NCBI GenBank assembly: GCA_951406725.2
Contig: OX597817.1
Span: 115,196,001-115,260,000 of the forward strand
Reading direction: 5' to 3'
Origin: Octopus vulgaris
Taxonomy: Eukaryota
DNA: 64,000 bases
A program made the translations under genes and the position numbers. Below the pieces are notes generated by a model, which had not been told where the DNA came from, ran no database searches, and was given only the letters and a program-made list of their open reading frames with translations. Shown here one piece after another: positions 53,300 to 64,000 of the stretch. Position 1 is the stretch's first letter; the number at the start of each line of letters is the position of its first letter.

Positions 53300-56200
53300 C
53301 TAGCTAACCTATGTTGTCAACTGAAAAGCAATCTAGCTTGAGAAGTCTTTTCATACAAACTTTCCATCACCAAGACTCATGTCTGGTCTCCTCGGCAAAT
53401 GGTGGTTTTATGGCTACAAGCTTCCTTGGTAAGATTTCTTGAAGCTCCAAAGATGCAGCGTACAGTCCTACACTGATATATAGAACTAGTCAATTATAAA
53501 CCTCGGCCCTCTTATGTCATGAATGTATCCAAAAAGTGCACCGAGATAGTAAAAATGTCAGTTATCCATGAATGGAATTTCTTAAGTCTCTTCGACTGAG
53601 AGGATACAGCACTAGGTTTTGCTTCTCGAGTAAGGTAGAGACTTGAGGTGCTACAACATAGATATTTCTACATTCAGTGAACCCAGGATATATACAAAAT
53701 ATTTTTATCTTAAGAGATGTCCAAGACAGTCTCACTGTTCTCTAAAATATCTACATTTAATGTGATATCACCTATATGGCATCAGCTATTGCTGTAACGA
53801 TTACTTAATTGTTTAAACTGATAAAAACACCGTTTAATTTTACTCACCCTGCACAGAGACACTAGATCACGTTAGTGAGTGCCAACACATCCACTCTATT
53901 ATCTAATGATAAGGACAAAGGCTTTTTATACCAGCTGCTAGATTAAGACTGACTAAAGTTCCTAAAAAAAGCAATACAATAGTATGCTGTAATTTAATAA
54001 ATTTGGTTTCGAATTATTGGAGAGCATGATGTTGCAAAAGCTTACAGCAATAATACCAGACATGTTCCTTTGAGTGAGCTGCTCAGCCTTAACTCAGCAA
54101 CATACTTTTTTCATAAAAACACACGCGAATATTCAGGGATGTCTCCCACTTCTAATATTTTATTGACTACATTAGAGGTAAAGCTTTTAAAGCTATCTTC
54201 TCATTTGCACATTGAAAGGAGCTGAATATTTGGTAGAACATCTCAGGATTCTCCAAAAAGGTCTGGTTGTAAGCGAATTCTTATTTATGTTCAAAGAAAC
54301 CAATTACCAACAAATTTTAGTTCTCCATGATTAACAGTGAGTGATATTTGTAAGGACTCCCTTCACAATTTAGCTGTCAATCGTTGAATTTTGGAAGCAC
54401 GCAAGATCTATAGATCTCGTACGGTGAAAACTGTCCTCCTTAAATTCTCCAATGGTGGTTTTCAAGACGGTAGAATATTTTGACTATTTCGAGGACATGT
54501 CAAGAACAATCGTCGGATTTCTGAATTATTAAAAAGCCTAAAGAAATCCAGATGAATGTACGCAACCATAGCATATGCAATTTGTCATTCAATACACGTC
54601 ATCTATACTCATAACAATTATATCATGTTATTCATCAAGTCTTCAAACAGCATATATCAACACTGAGAACGCTTTAGCGAGCTCCTAAATCAACCTTGAG
54701 GAATGGATCTCTCAATCATGCAGCAAATTTGTAAAGTTCCCTTAACAACGCGCCAACTACATTGATGACCTAAACAATCGTAACAAGTTGCTGACATTTC
54801 TGATTTTAGACCAGGTATCCCGTAGTAATCTTGCAGGAGGGCACTTACTTCTGCCCGAGAGCATTTTTCACTACTTAAGAGAGGTCGAACCAGGAATATA
54901 AGCAGACTTTAGAAAGACATTAATATTTTCACCATCCAAAAATCTGTTGCTCCAAAATTAAAGTCATTGCAAACATGTTCGTTTTCCGAAAAGTTCTGAT
55001 GAAGGTCAGGTTCAAAAGACTGATCCAGTCAATATTAAAATAACTCAAACTCACAGTTATGTCATTGTTGGTCATCCGCAGGTACAAAGTGGAGATGACA
55101 TTGTTTTTCGAAAAAGGCAGCTTCAAGAGAAAAGCAAGGAGCGGCATGAGAACTTATTCATTACATCTCTGGATCTATCTAAAACTTTTGAAACCGTGCA
55201 CGGAAATCCTGTTGGCTGTTTTCGTTAAGTTTGCTTGCCTATCAAATTTTGTGAATCTTCTACAGTTCCATGCTGGGATGATGAGATGACATATTGGGAC
55301 GTGCAGTGTAAAACCTATAAAGAGAAAGCTACCAGCTGGCTTTTGTATGATTTTATATCGTCGTAATGTGTATGTACAGATTGTTACGCGGAACCTTAAA
55401 GAAGTAATTGTCACTATTAGTTTCATGTGCGACGGCAGACATTACTTTTCAATAAAATATTCTTGTCATCGGCAAGTTCAGCTCGCAACCCGGAAGCCAC
55501 AGGAGTATCTTCTCAGCAGATGTAACGGCTTATAAAACATATAGTTGGGACTTAACGTGCTGAAAACCTACATCAACGGTCAATGACACATTGCACTTCT
55601 AATTCAGATACGAGAGAGAGCTTCATTTCCAGTGATTGTACACTGGACAAGGAGATTCATAATACCCAGATCATTCTCCAACCGAAACTTTTCGTGTAAT
55701 GGTGGATTTTCGATTTCCCATTCATAGGTACGAGACATAAACCACAGAAAGCTGATAAAGTAAGAATATATCTAAGATGATTTTGCATACAGTATTTTCC
55801 AGAATACTCTATCAATCCTACAACAAGACTGAAAGGATCTTCCGGAAAAAAGAAACTGCATGTATGTCTGCACACGGAAATTCCTTGATAAATCAGCACT
55901 AGCAACATTGAATCCACATTATATCGTCATTAACTTAGATGACTGGGACATCTAGTGATGTGCCTGATTCCTATCTTACCAATGGATCCTCTAACATTCA
56001 CTACACCATAGTCATTGTCGACCTGCTTAGGACCACTTTGAAGAGGATCGACATCGACCCTGCTACAGTGTAAGATAAACTCTTTTTGGAGATTTATCTC
56101 CTGGAAACAACTTTGAAATATGATAGAGAAACGAACTTGTCGCTTGCGGTTATGAAATGAGGAAAGAGACATGTATATAAAGTTTTGGATTGTGCAGCAG

Positions 56201-56300
56201 ACGATGTATATCAAAGATTGCGATGTACTCTCATTAAAAGGTTCACATATGTAAGAGAACATGTCATAATCGCTTTCATTAAAGGAAGGTGAGCAAATGG
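53300..56300 (+). mobile_element. Ancient near-full-length RTE (BovB-like) LINE, heavily decayed
   Basis: Ordered remnants: CYNIDISTFSEPR (APE start, ~53650), IIGEH..LIDYI (~54015-54175), EKARERHENLFITSLDLSKTFETV and KFACLSNFVNLLQFHAGMM (RT, 55130-55290), and C-terminal SKIAMYSHL..H (~56215-56250). Confidence 0.78.
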
Positions 56301-56788
56301 CAATCATGAAGGTGCTGGTATTCAAGTGTGCCTATATATGAATGTGTTTCTATATAAAATTTCCGTTATCTTTGAATGTTAACACATTTCCTTCATAAAC
56401 GATTTCTGTATATCAATACTTAACAAACAAATATTTCTATCGCTAAGCGATTTTTATTCGCATTTAATAGTGTTCAAATGTAGAAATGAGTGAGTGAAAA
56501 CTTCTGGCTTGTCTTATTATTTAAGTCATAAGCAAAATTCAGTGGTGAATATGTCGGCGAGTTTCCACAGTTTATATGCAGTGTCTTAATATTCTGTTGT
56601 TCTATAGTGCGTGCGTGTGTGCGCGCATGTGTGAATGTGCGAGTGTGCCTATGTGTACATGCGTGTGGTGCTTGTTTTGTGTGTTTCTTTTCAAAAAGAA
56701 CAGATTTTTTACGGCACTTTGGACATAATCACCGATTTCCTTTTAAAGTAGTTGATATTTATTTCTTTTCTGTAATATACGGTGCATA

Positions 56789-56950
56789 GGCGCAGACATG
56801 GCTGTAAGGAAAGAAGCTTGCTTCCCAACCACATGGTTCTGGGTTCAGTCCCACTGCGTGGCACCTTGGGCGAGTGTATTTTATTATAGACTCGGGCCAA
56901 CCAAAGTCTTCTGAGTGGATTTAGTACACGGAAACTGAAAGAAACCAGTC

Positions 56951-56951
<1 letters not shown>
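56789..56951 (+). mobile_element. SINE family B 5' half followed by (TA)n
   Basis: Close match to 5854-6017. Confidence 0.88.
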
Positions 56952-56996
<45 letters not shown>

Positions 56997-57379
56997 TAAT
57001 ATGCTGTGTGTGTGTCGTTGTAACTGTATTTATGATATTGATGATAAATGTTAATATATATATATATCTTTGAAGCTCATTCGCTAATAACCGGTCTGAT
57101 ATCGTTCTATGTCCAGTGCAAGACGAGTAGCACGTTATGGGTTTATCAATATACCAACAATATTTCGCTTTAATTCTAAATACCGAATACTGAAGGCTAA
57201 CCTCTTGCCTTAAAAGAGTCCTAAGGCCCTCACCCTATATGAAATTTGTTGATTTGTCCACTTCAAATTGCCTTGCCATAAAGAAACGTCAATTCAACAA
57301 TCTTGAATATTTTCACATTTCATGTTACACTTTGAACTAAAGCAAATCTTTTGTTATTGCAACTTGATCTGGGCATACA

Positions 57380-57594
57380 GGGTGGGGAGTTGGTAGAATT
57401 GTTAGCCCACCATGCGAAATGCTTAGTGGCATTTCCCTTGTTTGACGTTCTGAGTTCAAATTTCGCCGAGGTCGACTTTTTTCCTTTTATCTTTTCGGGT
57501 TCAATAAAATAAGTATCTATTGAGCATTGGGATCAGTGTAATCGACTTACTCCTTCCCTTGAAATTGCTGGCCTCGTGCCAAAATTTGAAACCG
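57380..57594 (+). mobile_element. SINE family A
   Basis: GAGTTCAAATTTCGCCGAGGTCGACTTT..CTTTTCGGGTTCAATAAAATAAGTA..GTGCCAAAATTTGAAACC. Confidence 0.88.
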
Positions 57595-59463
57595 ATATGA
57601 TTTGGAAATATGAGATAATTTTTAAATCTACGCTCTGCTTCTTAATACCTTTCAAGAGTCTAATTTCGATTACCTTTAGTACCTTTCAGGAGTCTAATTG
57701 TCGGATTTCTAACTCTAAATATCTGTATTGCTTTTTTCACATTCTTTTTAAGGTTTAATGTTATGCTGTGTGATGTCATTTCTTTTGGCAATGAGAATAA
57801 TGCATTATCGTTGTAGTGCTTTATTAAAAATGGATTACGTCGACAGGAATACTCGGCAAGATGTGTTGTAAACATACTTGAAAGATACAATGATACCCGT
57901 CGTATTCAGTATATAGAAATCTTATTTCTTTGTTATCCAGGCCTACTCTTGTAGGTCTGTCATTATATTCTAAATAGCTTTGTATGTATTTCAGTTCATT
58001 TCATTTATTCTTTATATTTCCTATAATTTTTTTAATTTCCAGATTTCATTATCTCAGTAGTGTCTTTCAATCTACATTTCCAAATTTTTAATACTTCTTG
58101 ATGAATTACGTGTTAACGCACATAAATATTAGATTTACAAACATTTACATATAGATATCTCTTTCATAAAGTATTAATTATTCAGTGATTTAATTATTAC
58201 TCCCTCTAATTTCCTAATGTTTAATGATCAGAACCAGTGGATCAAACAATGCATGCATACAGTAAAATAGTGTCTTCTTCTAGCAAACGTTTTCTCGGTA
58301 TATAGCGAATGAAGTAAAATCAAAATTAAATATTGGCGCTTTTATTTCGGGAAAATATTATCTTTTAACAAGTGAATGCTTTTAAAATATATTGTATCTA
58401 TGAACATCTCATTGGCATAATACTCTATACCTAATCGTCTTATGTTTCTTCAATGCTTTGTATTTTATTTAGAATTGAAAATCGTTTATTCAAAAGAAAC
58501 AGTTAATTCTCCCTTTAAATGAGCAGGGCATAGTTATTAATCTGCATAGAATAAAAGAACAGAATATCTTTATAACTTTAAGAAAACGCCGCTTTCTATG
58601 AAGCCACCGAAATATTTAGAAACCATAGTAAAATCACATTATTTTCTTTGATAATTATAATCAAATTTAGTTTTCTTTCTTTTGAGAGAATGTCGATTTA
58701 CACTTCTTTTAACTCAAATTTAGTTCACATAACTTGTCTTCATTTTCTTTTGTTCTTTGTCTTTTTCGTTTGTCCTGCCTTTATTTATGTCCCTCCCTCA
58801 TGTTTTCTGTCTTTCTGTTTCACCATCTAATTCATATTATCAGCGAAATTTTTATTTTAAAAAACATATTTTGCTATTTTGTTTAATAATATCCGTTAGA
58901 TGTCTTCCTAGTTTGATTGTAATTATTGAAATCTTTCAACAAATTCTGAGAAAATTATTTTAAAATTTCAAAGAAAACTCTTCTGTTTAAAACTTTAGAT
59001 GTTTCAATGAACTCTGCCTTTAATCGAATTCGCAAACAAGGATGAACGAATCTATTTCATTTGAAGATATTCGTCAATAGTAATTGCATCATGGGATTAA
59101 TGTCAACAGGTTTTAATAATTAGTGATTATGGAGCTTCATGATCTTCTTTCATTCAAGAAATACAAATAACCTCTCTCACTACCTTTCTCATCCTTTTCC
59201 CATTACTTTTCACTCTTCCTCTCCTTCTTGTTAATATGTATATTTATCAAAGCTACGTAGTGTGAATCATTTATCAAAAGCTAATTCATGTGAACTGTAA
59301 GGTGGTAAAGATACCTCTACAAACTAATTTTATTTGAAAATCGTCGCCACTGATCCATCATCTTAGATCTAATACGTTTATACCTTTAAATAAGTGTTCG
59401 TGAGATGTTTCTTTTTAACTTAAGACCAGGAATTGTCCATGCATACTGTTCTTTCCTTTTCAG

Positions 59464-59583
59464 GCTTACAATATTGACCAGGCGAAAAGCAAGGTCTACA
59501 CCAACTTCATTGGCGTTGTTGTTAGAACCCAGTTAGATATTACAAAGCATTTCGGTCCACAAAAGTCCTCTCTCCACCGATTG
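59464..59583 (+). other. Candidate internal host exon (120 bp, open in phase 0)
   Basis: Acceptor TTCTTTCCTTTTCAG| and donor TTG|GTAATT. Reads AYNIDQAKSKVYTNFIGVVVRTQLDITKHFGPQKSSLHRL with no stop. No homology recognised. Confidence 0.35.
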
Positions 59584-60421
59584 GTAATTTTATACTATTT
59601 ACTAGGCTTTGCATCACTTTAAGAAATGAATAACGGTCAGATATAATTCTGAAAACAGATCCAGAAAACTGATTAAGACAAGAATGATCATTGAACACAC
59701 TCCTCAAAAAGGGTTATGAACAATGATGCACATTGATTATGCACATTGTTAACAGTAGCTATAATTTCATATCTGCGGTGACGTTGATATATTTCCAGTA
59801 ATATCACAGTTAAAATGTTACTTTTTTTATTATTAGGCAGAAAATCCCATTCCACATATTACCATTTTAGAGGGATGTAAATGGAATTTATTGAATCAAT
59901 ATCTTCTGCATGCACATTAGTTGTGTGCAGATAATATTGCAAATGTTCATCTTCTAATCAAAATCGCTTAGTTGTCTCAGCTGGTGAAGATCATATACCT
60001 TGTTCCAAATCTCTTACTATCGTCACCAGCAAAGCCTGTTAGTAAGAATTCGACGCTGGTGTATGAAATCTCAAGCATAGATTTCATTTAATATTTATTT
60101 ATCTCATAATATTAAGTTTCCAGAATCAGTGAAGCGCCAAAGTAAATGCCCGGTAATATTCTATCTCGATCTGTAAATTTCGCGACTTAATCACACTCCA
60201 TCGCTTAATATAATTGCTCAACAGATAGATAATACCATCCGCTGTTCCATGAACATATGGAAATGATGAGGTGGGCATGGCTGGAATGCATTTGTTTCTG
60301 GTACTGCTCGATTACATTTAACCTAGACTTAAATGACACCCAATTTTTCTATATATTTTTGAATTATTTAACAGAAACATTATATTTGTACACTCACGCA
60401 CGATCATATGTAGGCACAAGC

Positions 60422-60471
<50 letters not shown>

Positions 60472-60676
60472 TACATAGTAATTATGAGAAAAATATTTTA
60501 TTCTAATGCCAAAAATACCTCTACGTGCAAAAATATTAAGAGGCTCCTTAAAAATGGTATATACAATGTACATAGAATATGTAAATAATATATAAAAATT
60601 TATATACAGATAATGCGAAAATATGCTTTAAAATATCAAACCACACAAGTATTTATGTAAATTTATAAATGCTCAC

Positions 60677-60687
<11 letters not shown>

Positions 60688-60762
<75 letters not shown>
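60688..60762. repeat. (TA)n microsatellite at the Penelope 3' junction
   Basis: Direct repeats. Confidence 0.95.
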
Positions 60763-60765
<3 letters not shown>

Positions 60766-60808
60766 AAAAATGAAGTTCGAAAATGCTGCTGTATTATACA
60801 ATTTTTAA

Positions 60809-60880
60809 TTTTTATATATACATTATAACATGTTTCAGTTCCTGAAATGAACCTTATCAAAAAAAGTTATATATAAAAAA
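60809..60880 (-). ncRNA. Minimal hammerhead ribozyme, U3-A8 core variant
   Basis: Minus strand reads TTTTTATATATA..TTGATAA-GGTTC(atttcag)GAACT-GAAACATGTT..TATATATAAAAA. Stem III is palindromic (ACATGT), and the flanking 12-bp segments are complementary. Confidence 0.65.
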
Positions 60881-61240
60881 AGACAGCTCATGCCGTCAAA
60901 CACAAGAAATTCATTTATAATACACAACGGAGTCAGACATCTTAGAGTTCATGTATAGTTGATATATAGTTCATGTATAGTTGATATATAGTTTGAAGTA
61001 TATGTTCAAAGTGTTCGATGCAGTGGCTCACGGTGGCGATACGTATTCAATACAAAAAGCAGATCAAAGTGGTGGAAAGCGGTCAATACAGAAGATTGAT
61101 GTTTCCGAAAGAGTGAGGAATTCATTTTTACCTTAAGTAATTGTGATGACCCATGGTGGATGTTCGCTGGGTGGTTCTAGTGAGTTTTTGTGAAGTGCTC
61201 GGTTTTATAATGCCTGTTAGGTGGTCAATCCAGCGTAGCG

Positions 61241-61670
61241 TGACGTCATCAACGTTTTGACCAATCGTTTCGTTAGGTGGCTTTAGTCAAGTAGAACGGG
61301 ACGTCATCATTATTTTGACCAATCGCTGCATTATAACTGCCTCTTGTTTGTTTCCTGTTTTGACCAGTCGCTTCGTTAGTCAAGTAGAACGGGACGTCAT
61401 CATTATTTTGACCAATCGCTGCATTATAACTGCCTCTTGTTTGTTTCCTGTTTTGACCAGTCGCTTCGTTAGTCAAGCAGAACGGGACGTCATCCAGATT
61501 CTGCCCAATCACGACTTATAGCTACATTAGATCTGCCCCCTGTCTGTACTTGTTAGGTGACTAGTCAAGCAGAAAAGGACGTCATCAATATTCTGACTAA
61601 TGACTGTCCCCTGTTTGTATCCTGTCCATTCTAGCAGAGCTAGACGTCATCAACTTGTTGACCAATCAGA
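61241..61670. promoter_or_regulatory. Array of six GACGTCA-N12-CCAAT modules, including a 93-bp tandem repeat (61283, 61376, 61469)
   Basis: GACGTCA at 61242, 61300, 61393, 61486, 61578 and 61643, each followed exactly 12 nt later by CCAAT (one is CTAAT). Confidence 0.7.
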
Positions 61671-61836
61671 ATCGGGTCTGACCCTTAGCTCTATCGTATG
61701 TATCAGGGTCAGATTTGCACGAAATAATTTTTTTCCCTTTTTTACTAAGGCATATTTCCGTCAGAGTGAGTGTCTGTTTGAAGTAGCGGCCGTGGTGGAA
61801 TTTTGCTTCTCCTTTTCGGAGGACTTATCTTTTGTT

Positions 61837-63993
61837 TTAGTATTCCTGGCCCAGGGTGTTTAAACTTGGTCTAAATTTTTTTATGAAATATAGTTCTTTA
61901 TTTTGGCGTTGTGTGAAGGTTGCGTTGTCACTGAATTTATAGAGCGGGTTAGTTGTAAATTTCGGATTTACATTTCCAGCACATCTATCTATGTGTCCGC
62001 TGACCGGTATTTTGCGGTAATCAGGGTTTCTAATTTGTGATTTATGCACCGCCATCCTGTTACGTAAGCTATTTTTTGTATGGCCTATATACTGCCTATT
62101 GCAGCCTGCGCATGTTATGACGTAAATTAAGTTTTCTGATGCGCAGGTGAAGTTTGTTCTAATGGTGAACTGGTGGCCTTGTTCCAGTATAAATTCTGAT
62201 CCTTCTTTCAAGATGACACAGATTCCGCAGTTGGGCCTTCCACATTTTCTAACTGCTGGTTTTGTGGTTGATGTTGAGTGCAGTGTAGCTTGGGTTAAAA
62301 TCCTTTTCAAGGATTTTGGTTGCCGTTTACTTTTAATGATGGTGTGTGTTTCGAGGATCCGGTTCATCTTTGGGTCTCCCTTTAGTAGGGCTGTGCTTTG
62401 TAGTATGGTGTTGAAGGCCTCATTGTTGAGTGGGTTGTGTGTAGAGATGTAGGGAAGGGTTTTTAATTGTTCTTTCTTTTTTGGTTTTGTTTCTCTCAGG
62501 TCTTCTATACTTAATTTAAGTACCCGTTGGATTGCACTGTCTATTAGGGGCTGTGGATAGTTTCTATTTGTGAGTGTGGTTCTAAGTTCCTGGAGACGTG
62601 TGTGTCGGGTGTTTGTGTCTGATATTATGGTGCAAATCCTTCTAGCTAAACAAAAAGGGACATTCATTCTAGTGTGTCGTGGGTGGCATGAATCAAAGGG
62701 TAGGTACTGTTTAGAGTCTGTCGGTTTATAGTAGATATCTGTCTCTATTTTGTTGCCGGTTTTCTTAATGAGGATGTCTAAAAATGGTAATTCTTTTTCG
62801 TTGTGGTCCATCGTGAATTGTATATTGTCATTTATTCCATTTAATAGTATTTTAAATTCCTCAAGTTTCTCTATACCTTTGTCCCAGATGATGAAACAGT
62901 CATCGAGGTATCTTTTCCAGTTGTTATGGATATAGGTGGCGAAGGTGTTTCCATATTTCTCGAGTGTCATCCGGTATAGTATTTTCTCGAGGTATCCCAT
63001 CATTAGGTTGGCAAAAGATGGTGCAGTACGCGTGCCCATCGCTGTTCCCGATCTTTGCCTGTAGAAATCATTGTCAAAAATAAAATAATTGTTCTCTAAA
63101 ATGAATCTAAGTCCTTCTATTATAAGGTCTTTGTTTATGCGAGTTGGGAGTTCAAAGGGGTAGTTATTCAGCCAGAAGGTGATCGCTTCTATTCCTAGGT
63201 TGTGAGGGATGTTAGAATAAAGATTAACTACGTCGAATGATACTAGAAGGGTTTTCTCATTGACTGTTTTAGGGAGGTGGTTGAGCATATCTATATCGTC
63301 TCTTACGTAGCTTTTGATGTGTTTTAGGAAAGGTTTAAGAAGTGTGTCTAAGAAATTGCTGAGGCGGTGAGTTTCACATGCTGGCCCTGCTATTATCGGT
63401 CTTAGTTTAAGATCATTTGGTGAAGGGATTTTGATGAGTGTGTCGGTGGATGTTTTGCACGTTTCTCTAATGGTTTGGCTTTTGTGTACCTTAGGGATAC
63501 CATAGAACAAACTCGATTTGCATTTGAAGTTAGTGATGTATTCATACTCCTTGTTCGTGAGTCCTTCTTGGTATGTGTTGATTAATGTCCTAAGGTTATG
63601 CATTATTTTTTGCTGGTTATACTGTTGGGCCCTTTCATAATACGTTTCATCTCTTAATAGGGATAGCACTAAATTTTTATAATCGTTTGTATTCATTATT
63701 ACTATCACGTTGCCCTTATCTGCCTCCTTAATTGTTATTGTTTTGTCTTCTCTTAGTTTGATGAGGTCGTTCCATTCTCTTTTGTTGAAGTTAGGACTGT
63801 GTTTTTGTTTCTTGATGAATTGAAACGGGAAATTAGTTATGTAGTCACAATAGCGGTCTAAGGCTTTATTCTTACCTTTGGTGGGGGTGTAATTGCTCTT
63901 GTTTCTAGCTATTGAGTCCTCCTCTATTTGTTTGTCTTGAAATGCCTCGGTGAGTCTTAGTTTTCTGCAAAATTCCGAAATATCATCTTTCAT
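61837..63993 (-). CDS. Penelope-like reverse transcriptase + GIY-YIG endonuclease (frame still open at window edge)
   Basis: IKEADKG, FYGIPKVHK, LRPII, SFDVVNLY, GTAMGT..APSFANL, RYLDDCF, LPFLD, the Cys-rich linker CGRPNCGIC and NLIYVITCAGCNRQYIG. 718 aa with no stop. Confidence 0.95.
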   Translation of the reverse strand: MKDDISEFCRKLRLTEAFQDKQIEEDSIARNKSNYTPTKGKNKALDRYCDYITNFPFQFIKKQKHSPNFNKREWNDLIKLREDKTITIKEADKGNVIVIMNTNDYKNLVLSLLRDETYYERAQQYNQQKIMHNLRTLINTYQEGLTNKEYEYITNFKCKSSLFYGIPKVHKSQTIRETCKTSTDTLIKIPSPNDLKLRPIIAGPACETHRLSNFLDTLLKPFLKHIKSYVRDDIDMLNHLPKTVNEKTLLVSFDVVNLYSNIPHNLGIEAITFWLNNYPFELPTRINKDLIIEGLRFILENNYFIFDNDFYRQRSGTAMGTRTAPSFANLMMGYLEKILYRMTLEKYGNTFATYIHNNWKRYLDDCFIIWDKGIEKLEEFKILLNGINDNIQFTMDHNEKELPFLDILIKKTGNKIETDIYYKPTDSKQYLPFDSCHPRHTRMNVPFCLARRICTIISDTNTRHTRLQELRTTLTNRNYPQPLIDSAIQRVLKLSIEDLRETKPKKKEQLKTLPYISTHNPLNNEAFNTILQSTALLKGDPKMNRILETHTIIKSKRQPKSLKRILTQATLHSTSTTKPAVRKCGRPNCGICVILKEGSEFILEQGHQFTIRTNFTCASENLIYVITCAGCNRQYIGHTKNSLRNRMAVHKSQIRNPDYRKIPVSGHIDRCAGNVNPKFTTNPLYKFSDNATFTQRQNKELYFIKKFRPSLNTLGQEY

Positions 63994-64000
63994 TTCATAG

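Larger units (their letters stand above)
60763..64000 (-). mobile_element. Penelope-like retroelement (Neptune type), continuing beyond the window
   Basis: Intact RT+GIY-YIG ORF followed by an approximately 1.07-kb 3' pLTR with tandem repeats and a hammerhead, ending at (TA)n. Confidence 0.93.

Noticed and set aside
55657-56325. Minus-strand ORFs first read as hAT-like
   Set aside because: They are the antisense of the decayed plus-strand RTE element
61273-61521. 31-aa repeat peptides and a CRISPR-like appearance
   Set aside because: A 93-bp tandem duplication in the pLTR with no unique spacers and no cas genes, in eukaryotic context

Overview
AT-rich, microsatellite-dense eukaryotic DNA that is intergenic or intronic. 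By my recollection the SINE families and repeat landscape resemble an Octopus (coleoid cephalopod) genome; this is an inference. No multi-exon host gene can be assembled. There are only two weak host-gene candidates: a promoter/first exon at about 25.5 kb and an isolated 120-bp exon at 59464-59583. The window is mostly transposable elements: (1) an intact Neptune-type Penelope-like element (RT + GIY-YIG, running off the right edge), whose 3' pseudo-LTR carries a CRE/CCAAT array and a minimal hammerhead ribozyme with a compensatory U3-A8 core; (2) four more hammerhead-like motifs, one of them inside a 160-bp inverted-repeat-flanked unit nested in a SINE; (3) a nest of R4/Dong-like RLE non-LTR retrotransposons plus a non-coding partner repeat at 36.7-44.4 kb, mostly bounded by (AAT)n; (4) RTE LINEs of different ages; (5) a 1.1-kb solo LTR with an ATAT target-site duplication; (6) decayed hAT, mariner and Helitron pieces; (7) three tRNA-derived SINE families; (8) a 263-bp spacer-less palindrome. 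Most ORFs in the supplied track are microsatellite artefacts. Boundaries of decayed elements were read by eye and are approximate.
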